Of a DNA stretch of 64,000 nucleotides, positions 12,876-27,699 are shown piece by piece. Both the position numbers and the translations under genes were made by a program. The stretch's first letter is position 1; each line of letters starts with the position of its first letter. The DNA comes from Octopus sinensis (lineage: Eukaryota), in contig NW_021836141.1 in NCBI RefSeq assembly GCF_006345805.1, positions 112,368 to 176,367 of the forward strand. Reading direction: 5' to 3'. The notes under the pieces are model-generated. The model ran no database searches. It worked only from the letters and a program-made list of their open reading frames with translations, and was not told the DNA's origin.

Positions 12876-14378
12876 GTCTGTTGTCCCAGTTTTCAAAAAG
12901 GGAAACAAGTCCCTTGCAGTGAATTACCGTCCGATCTCACTCACCTCTCATATCATCAAGGTATTTGAGAGGGTGGTGAGATCTCGAATAACCCAGTTTC
13001 TGGAAAGCAACAGACGGCTGATCTCCAACCAACATGGGTTCCGTAATGGAAGGGACTGCCTAACGCAGCTCCTGCATCACTTTGAGGACATTTTGAGAGC
13101 TTTGGGAGAGGGCTCCAACACCGATGTCATCTACCTTGATTTCAGTAAGGCCTTCGACAGGGTCGATCACAAGATCCTATTGAAAAAACTATCCAACATT
13201 GGTGTCTCTGGAAAGTTACTGAAATGGATTAAGTGTTTCCTGACAGACAGATCTCAACATGTTGTAGTTGAAGGGGTAAAATCAAGCCCAGCCAAAGTCA
13301 GTAGTGGCGTTCCGCAAGGCACTGTGCTGGGCCCACTTCTTTCCATCATTTACATTAATGACATTAATGACATCATCAAGCACAGCAACATAAAAATCTT
13401 TGCAGATGACTCCAAGCTACAGAAGGTCATAAATGAGGCGAGTGACCGGGCATGCCTTCAGTCAGATCTACTGGCTGTTATCCAATGGGCAGAAAAAAAC
13501 AATATGCTGCTGAACGAGGATAAATTTGAGCTAATCCACTTTGGAAAAGAGGATGCCCTGAAACTCCCATACTCCCTTCCTTCAGGTGAAACTCTCGCGG
13601 CGTCCAACAACATCAGAGACTTGGGAGTAATTGTGGGCAACAACGTAAGCTGGGCCACTCATATAAACACCAAAGTTGACATGGCCCGCAGAATGTGTTC
13701 CTGGATTCTCAGAACTTTCCAGTCGAGAGATATCCACACCATTATCCTTCTCTTCTCCACTTTTGCCCGACCCCACCTTGAATACTGTTGTCCACTGTGG
13801 TCTCCCCACACAATACAAGGTATCATAAAAGTTGAAGCACCTCAAAGGGCAATCACAAAAAAGATAGATGGCATGACAGGCCTCGACTATTGGGGTCGGC
13901 TAGAAAAGCTAAAACTCTATTCTCTCCAACGTCGTCGTGAGCGCTACATCATCTGCATGATGTGGAAAATATTCCATCAGCATTGCCCAAATGATGTTGG
14001 CATCACCTTTAAGGTACATCCAAGGCTTGGGCCCCGTGCCATCCGCCCAAAACAAAAATCGCACTCTCATCTCATAACAACAATACGGCACAATTATTTC
14101 ACCTCAATTGGCCCCGCTCTCTTTAACATTACACCAAAACACATTAAAACAGAAACTGACCCTATAGGGTTCAAGAAGTCTTTGGACAGATTCCTTCAAG
14201 AAATCCCGGATAAACCCCCTACACCCGGATATGTCTCTGTAAACAATAACTCTCTACTTGAGTGGGCCATAGTGCCCAAATTCTGACTTGAAAGACTTCA
14301 CCAGGTGGTGCTATTAAGTTAGACATGGCCTGGGCCAATAATGGCCGAAACCTATCAAAGTATCAAAGTATCAAAGTA
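12876..14378 (+). mobile_element. 5'-truncated CR1-like LINE
   Basis: Open RT frame, short 3' UTR, (TATCAAAG)3 tail, inserted in a (TA)n/(TATG)n tract. Confidence 0.9.
12919..14286 (+). CDS. Non-LTR reverse transcriptase (CR1-like ORF2, C-terminal part)
   Basis: [58 protein letters not shown]; 455 codons without a stop; no true start. Confidence 0.92.
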   Translation: MNYRPISLTSHIIKVFERVVRSRITQFLESNRRLISNQHGFRNGRDCLTQLLHHFEDILRALGEGSNTDVIYLDFSKAFDRVDHKILLKKLSNIGVSGKLLKWIKCFLTDRSQHVVVEGVKSSPAKVSSGVPQGTVLGPLLSIIYINDINDIIKHSNIKIFADDSKLQKVINEASDRACLQSDLLAVIQWAEKNNMLLNEDKFELIHFGKEDALKLPYSLPSGETLAASNNIRDLGVIVGNNVSWATHINTKVDMARRMCSWILRTFQSRDIHTIILLFSTFARPHLEYCCPLWSPHTIQGIIKVEAPQRAITKKIDGMTGLDYWGRLEKLKLYSLQRRRERYIICMMWKIFHQHCPNDVGITFKVHPRLGPRAIRPKQKSHSHLITTIRHNYFTSIGPALFNITPKHIKTETDPIGFKKSLDRFLQEIPDKPPTPGYVSVNNNSLLEWAIVPKF

Positions 14379-14742
14379 AGTATATGTATATGTATATATA
14401 TGTATATGTATATATATGTATATATATATGTATATGTATATATATGTATATATAATGTATATATATATATATGTATATATATGTATATATATATGTATAT
14501 GTATATGTATATGATATGTATATATATATGTATATATATATGTATATGTATATATATATGTATATATATGTATATGTATATATATATGTATTATATATGT
14601 ATATATATATGTATATATATATGTGTATATATATGTGTGTATATATATGTGTGTATATATATGTGTGTATATATATAGTGTATATATATATATGTATGTG
14701 TGTAATATATGTGTATATATATGTATATATATATATATACAT
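14379..14742. repeat. Compound (TA)n/(TATG)n microsatellite
   Basis: Direct reading. Confidence 0.95.
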
Positions 14743-16916
14743 ACGAGTCATAGTATTATCTTAGTTATTTAAAAGCACACGTTTATTTCTGACTGGTGCT
14801 ATCTACTATAAAACGTCAAAACTTTCGTCACAGGAATGTAAAATCGCTCACACTAAATTGGACAACTGCCCGTAAAAGAATTACCTTATATATCAAAATG
14901 ACTAGCTTTAACATGAATGAAATTACTAAAAGAGTAACATAGAAACAGAATAGAGTGAAAACCACTGAGGCTTATAAAATCTGGCCAGTAAATGATTTTC
15001 AACAGATGTAGAGAAACAGTGTCGGAAAATATGTCGCAGGAAGTGTTCTTAGATGGTTAAAACAATTATCCGTCCATATTTTGCATAAAACATTCTTGGA
15101 TATATTTATTCCCATTCATTTTATTAGTTCTTATTATAGCTTCCTCTCTTATATTTCACAAGCCAAGGCAACCCATAAAAGTTTCTGTATAATCGTCGAC
15201 CAGGTGGCGATTACGGAACATTTTTCGTTAAGCTCAATGACTTATTATTAGTTTTTTTTTATATATATATTTTTTTACTGCGTAATTATATTTGCACATA
15301 TTTTTATTGTTAGGCAGACGTATGTCTAAACTGATTTTTGCAGGTTTCTAAGATGTATGAAGCTTTTGAGATTGTCCTTACTGTTAATTTTACTTTTCTG
15401 ACATCAGAAAATATTAGCTGTATCTTTTACTTTTTATATATGTATTTCTTGCAATACTAAATTGATAGGCAACGAATAAAACGGAAGCAATTCTAATGTC
15501 TCTTATTCAGCAAGAGCTCCGGGGAAGGCAACATTTACATATTATTTTTATTATTATAATTTTTTTATTATAACTTGACTCAAAAACAAACATTTATACA
15601 TATGTGTGTATGTGTGTGTGAGTGTACATATATGCTGTGTGTGTGTGTTCATATATATTCATAAATGTATGTTTCTACAAACACATAAATGTTCACACAT
15701 TTATATATGCATGTGTGTGTGTGGTTGTGCATATACACATGTATACATATAGACATATGCATTTATTTAAATATAGCAACGTACCAATATTAAGAGGTAA
15801 GCAAACACAGATATTGATATGAAGTTTAGATAAACGGAGTGAGAAAACCAAATGAGGTAAATTCTTCTATGCACAAATATTTATTCGTCTTCACCGATAT
15901 ATAGATTTTAATGTATATAAATAAAAACAGACACAGATCCATGTCCATATCCATAAAAACCTATCAGAAATTATTTCGAAAAAAGTTGTCTGTTGACCCT
16001 CCAATTAAGACCTCTGATTATCTTAAACATACCAAAATAACCTTGTATAGAAAGCAAGGTATGATTGACTGCTTCATGTTGTAGAGTTCACATAAAGAAA
16101 TTTTTACATATGCCTTCATTCTGTAACACAGCTTAAATAAATTTTGAAAATATCAGTGGTGCCACTAGCAAGCAGAATAAGCTGGAACATAAAACTTTCT
16201 GATTTTCGAATATTTTGCTGGAGTTTGATGTATGAGTGAGGTCATAGCTCTATCTTTCTGCAAAGAGAGATTGTATACATAATGTTTTGGTACATGCATG
16301 TTTATATATATATAATATATATATTATATATATATATTGATTATATTCAGCTCCCTCTTAAATTCATGCATTAGTCAATGCAGATAATTCTTTTGTGACG
16401 GGTGAGAAAATGAGTTAAAATCTTTAGTGATCAGTTTTTTTTTTTCTTGCTATATTTTCTTAGCACATATCTCCATCTGTGTGAAATCATCACTTTTCGA
16501 ATGATATATCTGACGCCCACTTGCATATTTGCAATGGCAGGTCTCCTGGATATACAGCCGTGTCTTGAAACAATTCTTGTAATTTTATGATGTAAACCAC
16601 TTGAATGCTACAGTAAACTATCATTCGCTCAAAACTACTTTTAATATCAGAAATCTATAATTTTAAAATACATTTCATCTTGCATTTATCTGAATTTTTA
16701 CGGGTTGTATAACCAGCCAAGGTGTTGATGTCTTTGGATTTAATTTTCTTCTGTGCTCATGTCCTATTTTATTACTTGAAACTTGATATGCCAAAATATG
16801 AAAGGAGAACGTGGGTAGCAATCCCACTAAGTATGAAAAAAATATTATTGTTATTACTTTTTAACGACTTTTTGAAATCATGGTAATTTCGAGAGTCCAT
16901 GCTCTAATCAAATATA

Positions 16917-17004
16917 CAACAATCCCTCGATAATCGCGGGTGTTACGTTCCAAAATCCCACGCGATAGGTGATAATCCGCGAAGTAGATACAGTACTGTA
17001 TTTT

Positions 17005-17037
<33 letters not shown>

Positions 17038-17607
17038 TGTATATATTTATTTTATTATAAATGGCGAGAGATTACTGTATATGTACCTCATCTACGTACC
17101 CGATTTGGATCTTTTCGGTTTGAACGGCAGTTTTTTCTAGCGGTGTCATATGAAATTGTCACCCATAATTATGACCCTAGTATCGATCTATTGCATTTCA
17201 ATCTGTTTTAGGGTTAGTTAGGGTTAGGGGTGGGGGAAGGGTATCTTTTTTATTCACAAATGTAAATAAATTCAATCTGTTTCTTAAACGAGAGACATAT
17301 TCATACGGCACAGAATGTATTTTTACCTCAATAGACGTATTTGATTGGTTGAAATTGCAGAAATTGAAAAACAAAAAAACAACAAATATCTTACAAACTA
17401 TAGAATTTTCTCAATAAAGCCAAGAGAAAAAGATGTTTTATAAGCACATTCTACCAGTATACGAAGTTTAAAATTTTTTAGTTACCTAGAAATTATGTTA
17501 AAAACTGCCGTTCAAACCGAAAAGATCCCTGTACCCTATTTTATTATTATTATTATTTTTATATGTGAACCGTGATATGTGAACTGCGATATGGCGAGGG
17601 ATAACTG
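16917..17607. mobile_element. pogo/Tigger-like MITE interrupted by a Merlin-like MITE
   Basis: TA-CAACAATCCCTCGATAATCGCG..GCGATATGGCGAGGGATAACTG-TA; right end also present at ~17060-17078. Confidence 0.65.
17107..17528 (+). mobile_element. Merlin-like MITE family 1 with internal TTAGGG
   Basis: 29-bp TIR GGATCTTTTCGGTTTGAACGGCAGTTTTT; no clean TSD at this copy. Confidence 0.85.
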
Positions 17608-17664
17608 TATATGTACCCCATTTTTTTTATAGTCTGTGCATGTCAGTTTTCAGAATATAGACAC

Positions 17665-18053
17665 CATGGAAGCACTCCGTCGGTTCCGACGACGAGGGTT
17701 CCGGTTGATCCGATCAACGGAACAGCCTGCTCGTGAAATTAACGTGTAAGTGGCTGAGCACTCCACAGACACGTGTACCCTTAACGTAGTTCTCGGGGAT
17801 ATTCAGCGTGACACAGAGAGTGACAAGGCCGGCCCATTGAAATACAGGTACAACAGAAACAGGAAGTAAGAGAGAGAGAGAGAGAGTTGTGGTGAAAGAG
17901 TACAGCAGGGATCACCACCATCCCCTGCCGGAGCCTCGTGGAGCTTTAGGTGTTTTCACTCAATAAACACTCACAACGCCCGGTCTGGGAATCGAAACCG
18001 CGATCCTACGACCGCGAGTCCGCTGCCCTAACCACTGGGCCATTGCGCCTCCA
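17665..18053 (-). mobile_element. tRNA-derived SINE (head H1, tail T1)
   Basis: Minus strand TGGAGGCGCAATGGCCCAGTGGTTAGGG..GTTTCGATTCCC head. Confidence 0.85.
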
Positions 18054-18591
18054 TAGACACCATACTCCTACGTGTAACAAGGGACTGAGGAAGAGACAAC
18101 CAGGAGGTTCAGTGAGAGGAAGAACGTATAACGTGACACACTGTTCCCCCCCCGAAAAAAATCTGCGCTGCCTTGGAAAATTAGACGTAAAATTATGATA
18201 ATGAAGTTTATGTTATACATGTGGGTATATGCGATCGCATGGAGTTCATAGCCCCGTCCCCCAAAATGGACACTCAGTAATCGGAATACAGAAAATATAT
18301 CTAGTTTTATAACGATCATATTAATAAAATATTATGCATAATTAGTGGCTTCGTCAGTCTGATAGACTTATGATCTCAGATGCGACATTTTGGATCTAGG
18401 ACGACTCTTCACAAGGACTAAAGAATAAGGGAATTGTATGCAGCGCTAAGACTTTAGAAGAAAACTGGAAATTATTGTTTTTCTAAGGAAAACTAATCTT
18501 TGTTGCAAATACAATTGTTCATATTTGAGACCTGAAAAGTTATGCTCTCTGATACAACAACCGGTAAATTTTACTTAGTACATGAAAAAGG

Positions 18592-18893
18592 TGGAGGCGC
18601 AATGGCCTAGTGGTTAGGGCAGCGGACTCGCGGTCGCAGGATCGTGGTTTCGATTCCCAGACCGGGCGTTGTGTGTGTTTATTGAGCGAAAACACCTAAA
18701 AGTTCCACGAGGCTCCGGCAGGGGGTGGTGATCCCTGATGTACTCTCTCTCCCACTCTTTCTTCTGTTGACCTGCTCGCTTAGCCAGCGGGGTCGCGTCA
18801 TTCGAAGGCTAAAACAATGCGAACGCATTGTGACCGGCGATGTGTAACAACATCTGATGGTCTGGTCAGTCACGCGATCACAGTGATCACATG
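18592..18893 (+). mobile_element. tRNA-derived SINE (head H1, tail T2)
   Basis: Same head as 17665-18053, unrelated 3' half. Confidence 0.85.
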
Positions 18894-19236
18894 AAAAAGA
18901 GAAAGAATGAAGGAAATGCAGGCAGAAAGAATAAAAAAAGAAAGGTAAAGTGATACAGATTAAAAGAAAGTAAGGTAGAAAGAGATAAAACAAAATAAAA
19001 GAGAAGAAAATACGAAAGGGAAATGTAAAGGAGTAAAGAAATAAAGGGCTGGAAGAGTAGAGTGCACCAACAGTAAACGGCCAGAGGCAATTGGAATACA
19101 TGGAGCTACAGTGCTGACCCTTTTATTGTCGCTTAGACCAGTACTAAAGAATGTGAAAAGGGATGAAATGCATCAGGTTTAAAAAAATACAACGAGTTAA
19201 CAGGAATGTTTCAGACATGCATATACAACAAAATCT

Positions 19237-19648
19237 AGATCTTTTCGGTTTGAACGGCAGTTTTTAACATAATTTCTAGGTAACTAAAAATGTTAAAACT
19301 TCGTATACTGGTAGAATGTGTTTATAAAACATCTTTTTCTCTTGGCTTTATTGTGAAAATTTTATAGTTTGTAAGATATTTGTTTTTTGTTTTTTTCAAT
19401 TTCTGCAATTTCAACCAATCAAATACGTCTATTGAGGTAAAAATACATTCTGTGCCGTATGAATATGTCCCTCGTTTAAGAAACAGATTGGGTTTATTTA
19501 CATTTGTGAATAAAAAAAGATACCCTTCTCCCTAACCCTAACCCTAAAACAGATTGAAATGCAATAGATCGATACTAGGGTCATTATTATGGGTAACAAT
19601 TTCATATGACACCGCTAGAAAAAACTGCCGTTCAAACCGAAAAGACCC
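19237..19648 (-). mobile_element. Merlin-like MITE family 1
   Basis: Same TIRs; perfect 8-bp TSD CAAAATCT. Confidence 0.9.
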
Positions 19649-19847
19649 CAAAATCTTCTCAATCAGAAGCTTCGAGGAGGCAAGAACGAATGTTTTTTTT
19701 TAAAGAAAAAAACTCCCAGCAATTTACTATATTAGAAGGAGTCTGTTAGTCAAATGCAAGCTTTATTCCCACAGAAGGAGAAAATATTTCACTTTTGGAG
19801 AAAAAAGGGCCAATGCTAAACAATTTGCTTATATATATATATATATA

Positions 19848-20381
19848 CTAGCAGTATCGCCCGGCTTTGATCGGGTTTGTAAGGGAAATAACTATATAAG
19901 CATTTTTAGAGAGTTATAGCAAAAAAATGCATTAAAAATGGAATAAAAAATGATGGTAATTTTTTTTTAAATCGTTGACTCAGTGTCTTCAAGCCATGAA
20001 GTCGTTGTTCTAAAAGAACGCTGGTCTCCTTGACAACGCTTTACGACGTTGATTTCCTTACACTCCCTTCCCCACAGCTTCACGAGGGAGGGAAGAAGGG
20101 GGAGAAGCAACACAGGTGCATGTGTGAGCATGGACGCCAACTCCGCCGCCATCGACACACGAAAAATTATGCATTAAAAATGGAATAAAAAATGATGTTA
20201 AATTATTTTTAAATTGTAGACTCATCGTAGACGCGCGCGAATACACAGACGGGCTCGATATGAATCACGACTATAAGATACCTGAACTTGGTTAAACTGC
20301 ACCGCAAAATGTGGGAGTAGTTAGGAATCTAAATCGAAGGGGACAGACACTCACACAACTACAGTTTTATATATATATAGA
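19848..20381 (-). mobile_element. Non-autonomous Helitron
   Basis: Minus strand 5' TC(TATA).., 3' CCCG..CGGG hairpin then CTAG, inserted between A and T; second copy at 34691-35200. Confidence 0.85.
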
Positions 20382-20504
20382 TATATATATATATATTGTA
20401 CAATATTGTAAGATACTTTTGCTATTATGATTCTAATATATTCTTTAGTCTTGTAAAACAAATCTGTTTTTCATCTTATTTCTTTCAGTGTATGTGCATA
20501 TGTA

Positions 20505-20537
<33 letters not shown>

Positions 20538-20962
20538 CATACATACATACATATATGCATGCAAGCAGAAATAATAGAGCCTGTTTGTCTCACCGTTTTC
20601 ATATCTCATCAGTTTAAACTATGTTATGCTTTCGTTTTTACTCAATAGCATAAGTAGTAAATACTACTGTGTCAGTTAGTTATCCAAACACATTATACTG
20701 TAAAACTTGAGGACTTATGCTTAGTCAGAGAAAACACTTTTACTAAAATATAAAGAAATAATATTTGTTTAAAATGCTAGAAAGATAATTTCAACAACTT
20801 GTAAGATTATTTACTAAGAAACCCATAATTTGCTGAATAAATGTATACATTCTTATAAATCAAATGCATACTCTAAAACTGACATTTATTTTCAATAAAT
20901 TTCAAATTATAAGCATACAGGACTTTATTTTGGCAAAGAATTTTGATTTAAAAAGAGAATAG

Positions 20963-20998
<36 letters not shown>

Positions 20999-21013
20999 AT
21001 ATATATATATATA

Positions 21014-21252
21014 GCACCGTCCGTTCGTGGCCGTTTGCCAGCTCTGTCTGGCACCTGTGCAGGTGGCACGTAAAAAGCACCCACTACACTCACGGAGTGG
21101 TTGGCGTTAGGAAGGGCATCCAGCCGTAGAACCACTGCCAGATCTGACTGGGCCTGACGAAGCCTTCCGCTTCACAGACCCCAGTTGAACCGTCCAACCC
21201 ATGCTAGCATGGAAAGCGGACGCTAAATGATGATGATGATGATGATGATGAT
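21014..21252 (+). mobile_element. RTE-type 3' tail element (family C)
   Basis: GGTTGGCGTTAGGAAGGGCATCCAGC..CCAACCCATGCTAGCATGGAAA plus (GAT)n tail. Confidence 0.8.
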
Positions 21253-22277
21253 ATCTATATATATATATATATATATACTAAGCAATAAGGGTTTAGCAAC
21301 GAGTTGCCTTACCACATACCGAATTTAGAAATAGCAGTCAAAGGGTTATAGCTATTTCTTCTACTAAAAAGGTGTGTAAGGCAACTCGTTGCTAAAACTT
21401 CTATTGCTTAGTTTACTTAAATTTTCCTCGAATGAGGCTTTTACATGCCGAAGACTACTTGGTGTAATTGATAATTTTTCCAAATTAATTAATTTCACCT
21501 TCATTATTACGGATAACCTTATATATATATATATATAAGCAAAACAATGCAAAACGTTCTGTCAACCTTAATCTATCAACCTGATACACTCTTTAAATAA
21601 AACGGTTCTGTAATTAGCACTGCTGCAAATGAAACCTGGGTATGCAAGTGTAGTTAAGACAGACTCATGTAACTAGAGTGGTGTTTCATGCAGGCACTCA
21701 GACATTCTAGATTGAGGTGGTGTTGCAGCACCACAGGCAATCATTCAAAGACAAATATTAAATGACGTTCTTTTTAAGAGATGCTTAAAGACTTACCAAC
21801 ATACTGTTATATCAAAACCACAGACATACTGTTTCTTCTCACATCTTCTAATGCCTCTACAAATACTTCTGCTTCCCTTAACATATAGAATACATACTCA
21901 TTTCCCACTCAAATTCACAATTTTTTCCTCACTTTTCTCTTTGCTTTATGACTATTATATTTCACCATCAAATTCTTAAACAATTTGCTTTACCTAATAA
22001 TGCTGAGACCAATCCAATCCAATCGTCTCTCTGAGAAAGTTTTCTAATGTAGCATTAGATTACTGAACTTCAATTGAAACATGAACAACCATGACTACAC
22101 CAATTTGACAGATTGCAACAAATGGTAAGGACGTGACACCTTCTCTTGAATTTAAACAATTATATAAATAAAAATTGCACTCATCAAAGGAAATTTATTT
22201 TTAGGTTAATTTGGTCATTGAATATAAGCTTAATCATAAGAAAATCGATAATATATGCTGCTACATGAAAACTTCCA

Positions 22278-22308
<31 letters not shown>

Positions 22309-23449
22309 ATATATTATATTATATGTATGTGTGCATACCTTCCTTCATACATACATGCATGCACTCATAAAATTAAATTGAAAAGGAAAAATACCAATTG
22401 CTTTTTCACAAGATACTTGTGCTAAAGAATTTTAAATTCATAATTAGCCAAAGTAAATATTGGAATATTTTCAAACCAGAAGCTGTGATCTGGAATTGGA
22501 TTAGGAACAAGCTGTTGTTCTATTGACATCCATTATTGGCTTCCATACAACATGCCACATTGAATTATTCTTTCATTTTGCTGTTAATTGGAACTACTTG
22601 ATTTAAACATATGTTGTTCAAGTGAAAACAATGGAAATAAATAACTGATTGAATTAACAAAGTAAATGTAACAAAATTTTTACTTTATTTTTAAGTCTAT
22701 ATTTACCTTCTTTACTTTTTTTTCTTTTTTTTTTTGTAATGTTACATTTATTTTAAAACTACATTAATTGTTGTTTATTTCTTATCTTGAATTATTGAAT
22801 TCTAAATGAATTCTTTGTTAATATTCTTCGTCAAAACTTTTAATTTAGTTTAGTTTCGCAATGTTTCTGTATTTGATACACAAGTGAGTTTTGAAAATTA
22901 GTTTCCAACTTCAAACTATTGGTGAATTTTAAAATACCTTAGTAAAAATGGTAGGAGGAATTTATGGTCTGATGTATTTTCTGTTCAGTAATTACTTTGG
23001 GTCTGTGTGTTTTTTTTTTTTTTTTCTCCTTTCACAAAAACAATTTATCATTGATAACAAAATTAAATTGTATGGAACATTGTACAAAGGGAGTTAAACT
23101 TAAATATTTTTTTTTATATCTAACTGAAACTGGGAGGGATATATAGTGGTAAAATTTGTTTATTAGCATATTGTTGGAACAATTGTTTTTATTGCTGGTT
23201 ACCTCTCTTATTGCGAACCATTCATTCATGAAATAGGTGCAGTATTTGCAAGTCTCATAACTATGGTTACTTCAGTCTGTCTTAGTTGAATGGTTAGTAG
23301 TCTGAAGATCATCCAAGTATAAAAATGTTCCAAAACAATCGCTTCAAAATATGCAAATGTCTAAATCTACAGAACCTATACAGGCATGAAAAAATAGTTG
23401 CAAAACAATAAAAGGGTATGTATATTAATACCTACCGATATCCATACAC

Positions 23450-23569
23450 ACCACATACATACATTATGTATATATCATCTAAATTCGTTTATATATACAT
23501 ACATATATATATAAATAAACATATTTATATTATATATATATATATATATATATTACATACATACATACA

Positions 23570-23612
<43 letters not shown>

Positions 23613-23620
23613 ATACATGC

Positions 23621-23652
<32 letters not shown>

Positions 23653-23735
23653 CATGCATATATATAATATATATATATAATGTCTTATATATAAATATAC
23701 ATATATATATACATACATATGTATTAAATAATTAC

Positions 23736-23779
<44 letters not shown>

Positions 23780-24007
23780 TATATATATAACATACATATA
23801 TATATATATAATAATATAATATATATACATATAAATATATATATAATTATAATATATATATAATTATATATATATATATATCAGATATATCTATATATAT
23901 ATACATATATATATATTATATATATATCTACATATATATATAAATATACACACATATATTATATATATATATAGATATATATATATATACATATATATTA
24001 TATATAT
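23450..24007. repeat. Long degenerate (TA)n tract
   Basis: Direct reading. Confidence 0.95.
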
Positions 24008-24590
24008 TGTTCACCAATTTAGATGAATCGTTTTCATAAGATTGTATGTTTCAAATTCCAGCTTTATTTATTCATTCTATGTAAATTTAGGTAGTTAAAG
24101 TGTTTATTACATGCTCGACTTTTAACTTTTGACTTTTTACTACATATGATTAGTTTTGTTGTTTGAAACAGAGAAAAGGATGATTTACAAAGAAACTTGA
24201 GAGAAAGAATACTTCTAAACTACTCTTCAAATATAAAGCTTTCAGCTGGCGGCACTCTAAAATTTCTTTCAAATTATTAATTTTCACATATTGTACACAT
24301 AGTTTTCTAATAACAGCTAAAACAAGCCAAGAAGTGAATCCACAACTTAGAAATAACCAAAAGTTAATATCCTATAAATTTTTATTGTAACTCTGGTAGA
24401 GCAGTGTCTAGTCTTTCGAATGCCTTTATGAAGTATTCAGTCCAGGTTTCTTGTCTGAGAATAATTTTCTTCCTTCTTCCCACAAGTCTTAAGGGTATCC
24501 CTAAGGGTTGTGTACTCTAATCTTCTGATTAAACAATTACAAAAAATGGAGTGTTATTGAATGAGACTATAACTTCTACTGAAAGATAAA

Positions 24591-24621
<31 letters not shown>

Positions 24622-24924
24622 TGTATGTATGTATGTTTGTGTATGTATGTCATTATTCAGTTTATTTCAAGATTTCTTGCCAATGAGAAAGAACCAGTTT
24701 CTAACCTAGATCCAAGTCTCCATTGGAATTTCAACATCAACAACAGGGTATGTATGTATATTTTATGTATTGTATTCTTCATGCATACAGTTGCACATAT
24801 AATATATATATATATATATAATTATATATATATAGGGAGAATTCATGAAAATAACAAAAGACGATGACAGGCGGTGTAGAAAACAAACAGATGTATTAGT
24901 ATAGCGCTCAGGAATTGAAAAAGT

Positions 24925-24960
24925 CTTTAACGTTTTGAGCCTATGCTCTTCCACAGAAAG
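24925..24960 (-). ncRNA. Hammerhead-like motif, U6 family, decayed (GAAA to AAAA)
   Basis: cttt-CTGTGGA-a-gagc atag gctc-AAAA-cg-TT-aaag; flanks homologous to 47930-48110. Confidence 0.55.
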
Positions 24961-25892
24961 GGACACAGAAAAAACAAGGAGAGAAAAAAAATGTGTGTAG
25001 TGGCTACCGATCTATGAGGGCAAATGCTGGACAGAAGAATCATGCAGGAGAGCTAAAAAGTAGGGGAGATAACAAAATAGTAGTGATCCCAAAACGAAGG
25101 TGTGCATGTGTGTAAGAGAGTACGTATGTGTGTGAAAGATGGCTATATATATATATATATATTTGTTTTTATATTTATATGTTTATGTGATTATAATAAT
25201 AATAATGAAATTATTGTATACAGTGCACCACATATCTATATACTTACACAGAAATAGACATTCAAAACAAAAAAAAACCGAATATCGATTCATATGTGAA
25301 GAGTTTATTTATTCAGGTAACAGAAAAATAAAGTTTTGCTCTCTACACCTGGTGCCTTATTCTGCAGACGTTTCCAAAAATGATGAATATGGAACTCAAT
25401 TTATTGATTATTAACATAGGCACAAGACAACATACTCTCAATAATATAACAATCAATTAAATTGAACTCAATATTAAACTCAGATTCTGTTTTATTGAAC
25501 CAAAGCTTGTGTTTATTATTGGCAAAATGACCCTCCCTTGGTACAACAAAATATGTTTCAACACATGAATTCACATCAAGAGTCTTGCAAGCCAAAACAA
25601 AAATGAAATATATTATTGTTGGAATTGATTAATTTTTCTTTGTGGTTTTTCACCAGGGAGGTAAATTGTCAGATGGCTTACTTTTTAAATGAAATGTTTA
25701 TTATTAAAAGAAATATTGCTTTGATATCCCATCTGACAATTGCTTCTATTGTAAGAAACTTAAAGTAATTAGAAAGTAATCAACTTGAACAATAAAATGT
25801 GATAGAATATTTACACTTTGTGATATGGCTTGCAAGTGTTGTGTGTGTGTCTGTCTGTCTATATGTGTGTGTGTATGTGTGTGTATATATAT

Positions 25893-26247
25893 TCTTTTAT
25901 TTTTTTTTATTTGTTTCAGTCATTTTGACTACAGCCATGCTGGAGCACCACCTTTAGTCAAACAAATCGACCCCAGGACTTATTCTTTGTAAGCCTAGTT
26001 TTTATTCTATCAGTTTCTTTTGCTCAAACACTAAGTTACAGAGACACAAACACACCAACATCGGTTGAACTGGTGGTAGGTGGAGGGTAGAACTTCTTTC
26101 AGTTTCTTATTATCAAATCCACTCACAAGGCTTTGATGGGCCTGTGGTTGTAGTAGAAGACACTTGCCAAGGTGCCATGCAGTGGGACTGAACCCAGAAC
26201 CATGTGGCTGGTAAGCAAGCTACCTTCTACACAGCTACTCCTGCACC
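25893..26247 (-). mobile_element. SINE family A with internal deletion
   Basis: Homology to 509-903. Confidence 0.85.
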
Positions 26248-26508
26248 CATAATATATATTAGATATATATATATATATTATATATATATATATAAACACA
26301 CATATACATACACACACAGATATATATGACAAATTATGAATAAATTGCTTACTAAGATTTTCAGAGTAAAATGATAGATATTATAAATACCACAAAACAG
26401 AGAAGTACAAATAGCCTCTGGTGACAGTACTTTGAGCACTATCTTCCTTGTAGAGCAACAGCATTACAGAATAAAAAAAGAACACTACCACACTTTTGCA
26501 GTAAATTA

Positions 26509-27079
26509 TTGGGTTGTCTGGAAAGTTCATGCCGATTTTTAAAGGAAAGAAAAAAGGTCAATAAATACCTGCCATTACATCTTTAATCAACCAAATATGA
26601 ACCATTTTGTTGCACAATGCATCTCTATCTTTCCTTTAACTTGAAAACACCCTCTTCCCAGAATTGAGGTGTTTCATGGCAAAAAATTAATTTCATCAAG
26701 GTATCTTTTTACGCCATCCTAGGAATTGAATATTTTACAATTAAGACTATTCTGCACAGACCTAAATAAGTGGAAATCTGAAGGAGCAATATCTGGTGAA
26801 TATAGAGGGTGGGGTAACACATCCCAGCCGAGCTACAGCAATTTTTGTCTGGTTCCCAAAGCATCAAGTGCCGAAAATGAACTTTATTATTTTCCATTTT
26901 AAAGGATTACAGAATTAACACAGGTTATAGGAACATAAATCTTCTTCCACCGAAAGATAGCTTAAACTGTGCTCTAAATGGAGGTGTAGTCAAATCCTAT
27001 TTTATGAACTCAACCATGTTCTAAAATAAGTCGAAAGGTAAGCTACTATAAATTGGCATGAACTTTCCGGACAAAACAA
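26509..27079 (-). mobile_element. Internally deleted mariner element
   Basis: TIRs TTGGGTTGTCTGGAAAGTTCATGCC / GGCATGAACTTTCCGGACAAAACAA with TA flanks; MENNKVHFRHLMLWE start and YSPDIAPSDFHLFRS motif. Confidence 0.9.
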
Positions 27080-27699
27080 TAGATACTTCAAGTCTATTTT
27101 CATCTATGTTTAACTTTACTATTTATTCTTTTTGTAGATGCAAGTATAACCAGACTAAAAGTTTTCCTTTTGCAATCATGAAGTCCTAGATTCAACTCCA
27201 CTGCATGGTACCTAAGGTAAGTGTCTTTTACTATAACCTAGGCTAACTAATGTGTTGTGAGTGTTTAGCAGCCTCTAAGATAGACTTCATCTATGTTATA
27301 AAGTATTGTCCTTCCCATAGACTGTTACACTGAATCTGCCAAAGGATTGCATTATTCATTATGTCTGTGATCTACATGGTGATTTAATTATAAATAGGAG
27401 GTCATTTGAATGACTGAAAAATTGAAAAGCTCAGGATATTTTGTTGGTTACATGACTAGTAGAGTAAATAATAACATCTTTAAATGATGATGATGATTAT
27501 GATGATGAATACACACACACACATATATATATAATAGTATTTTATAAGCTTAAAGCATATAAGCAATCACCATGCAATGACTAAAGGAAATAGTCTAATA
27601 ATGGGGCATATAAGCCATTGCAGTGAAAGTATGTATGTATATATATATATCAAAAATCAAAGAATCAAAAAGTCAAAAAAAAAAATCAAATCAAAATCG

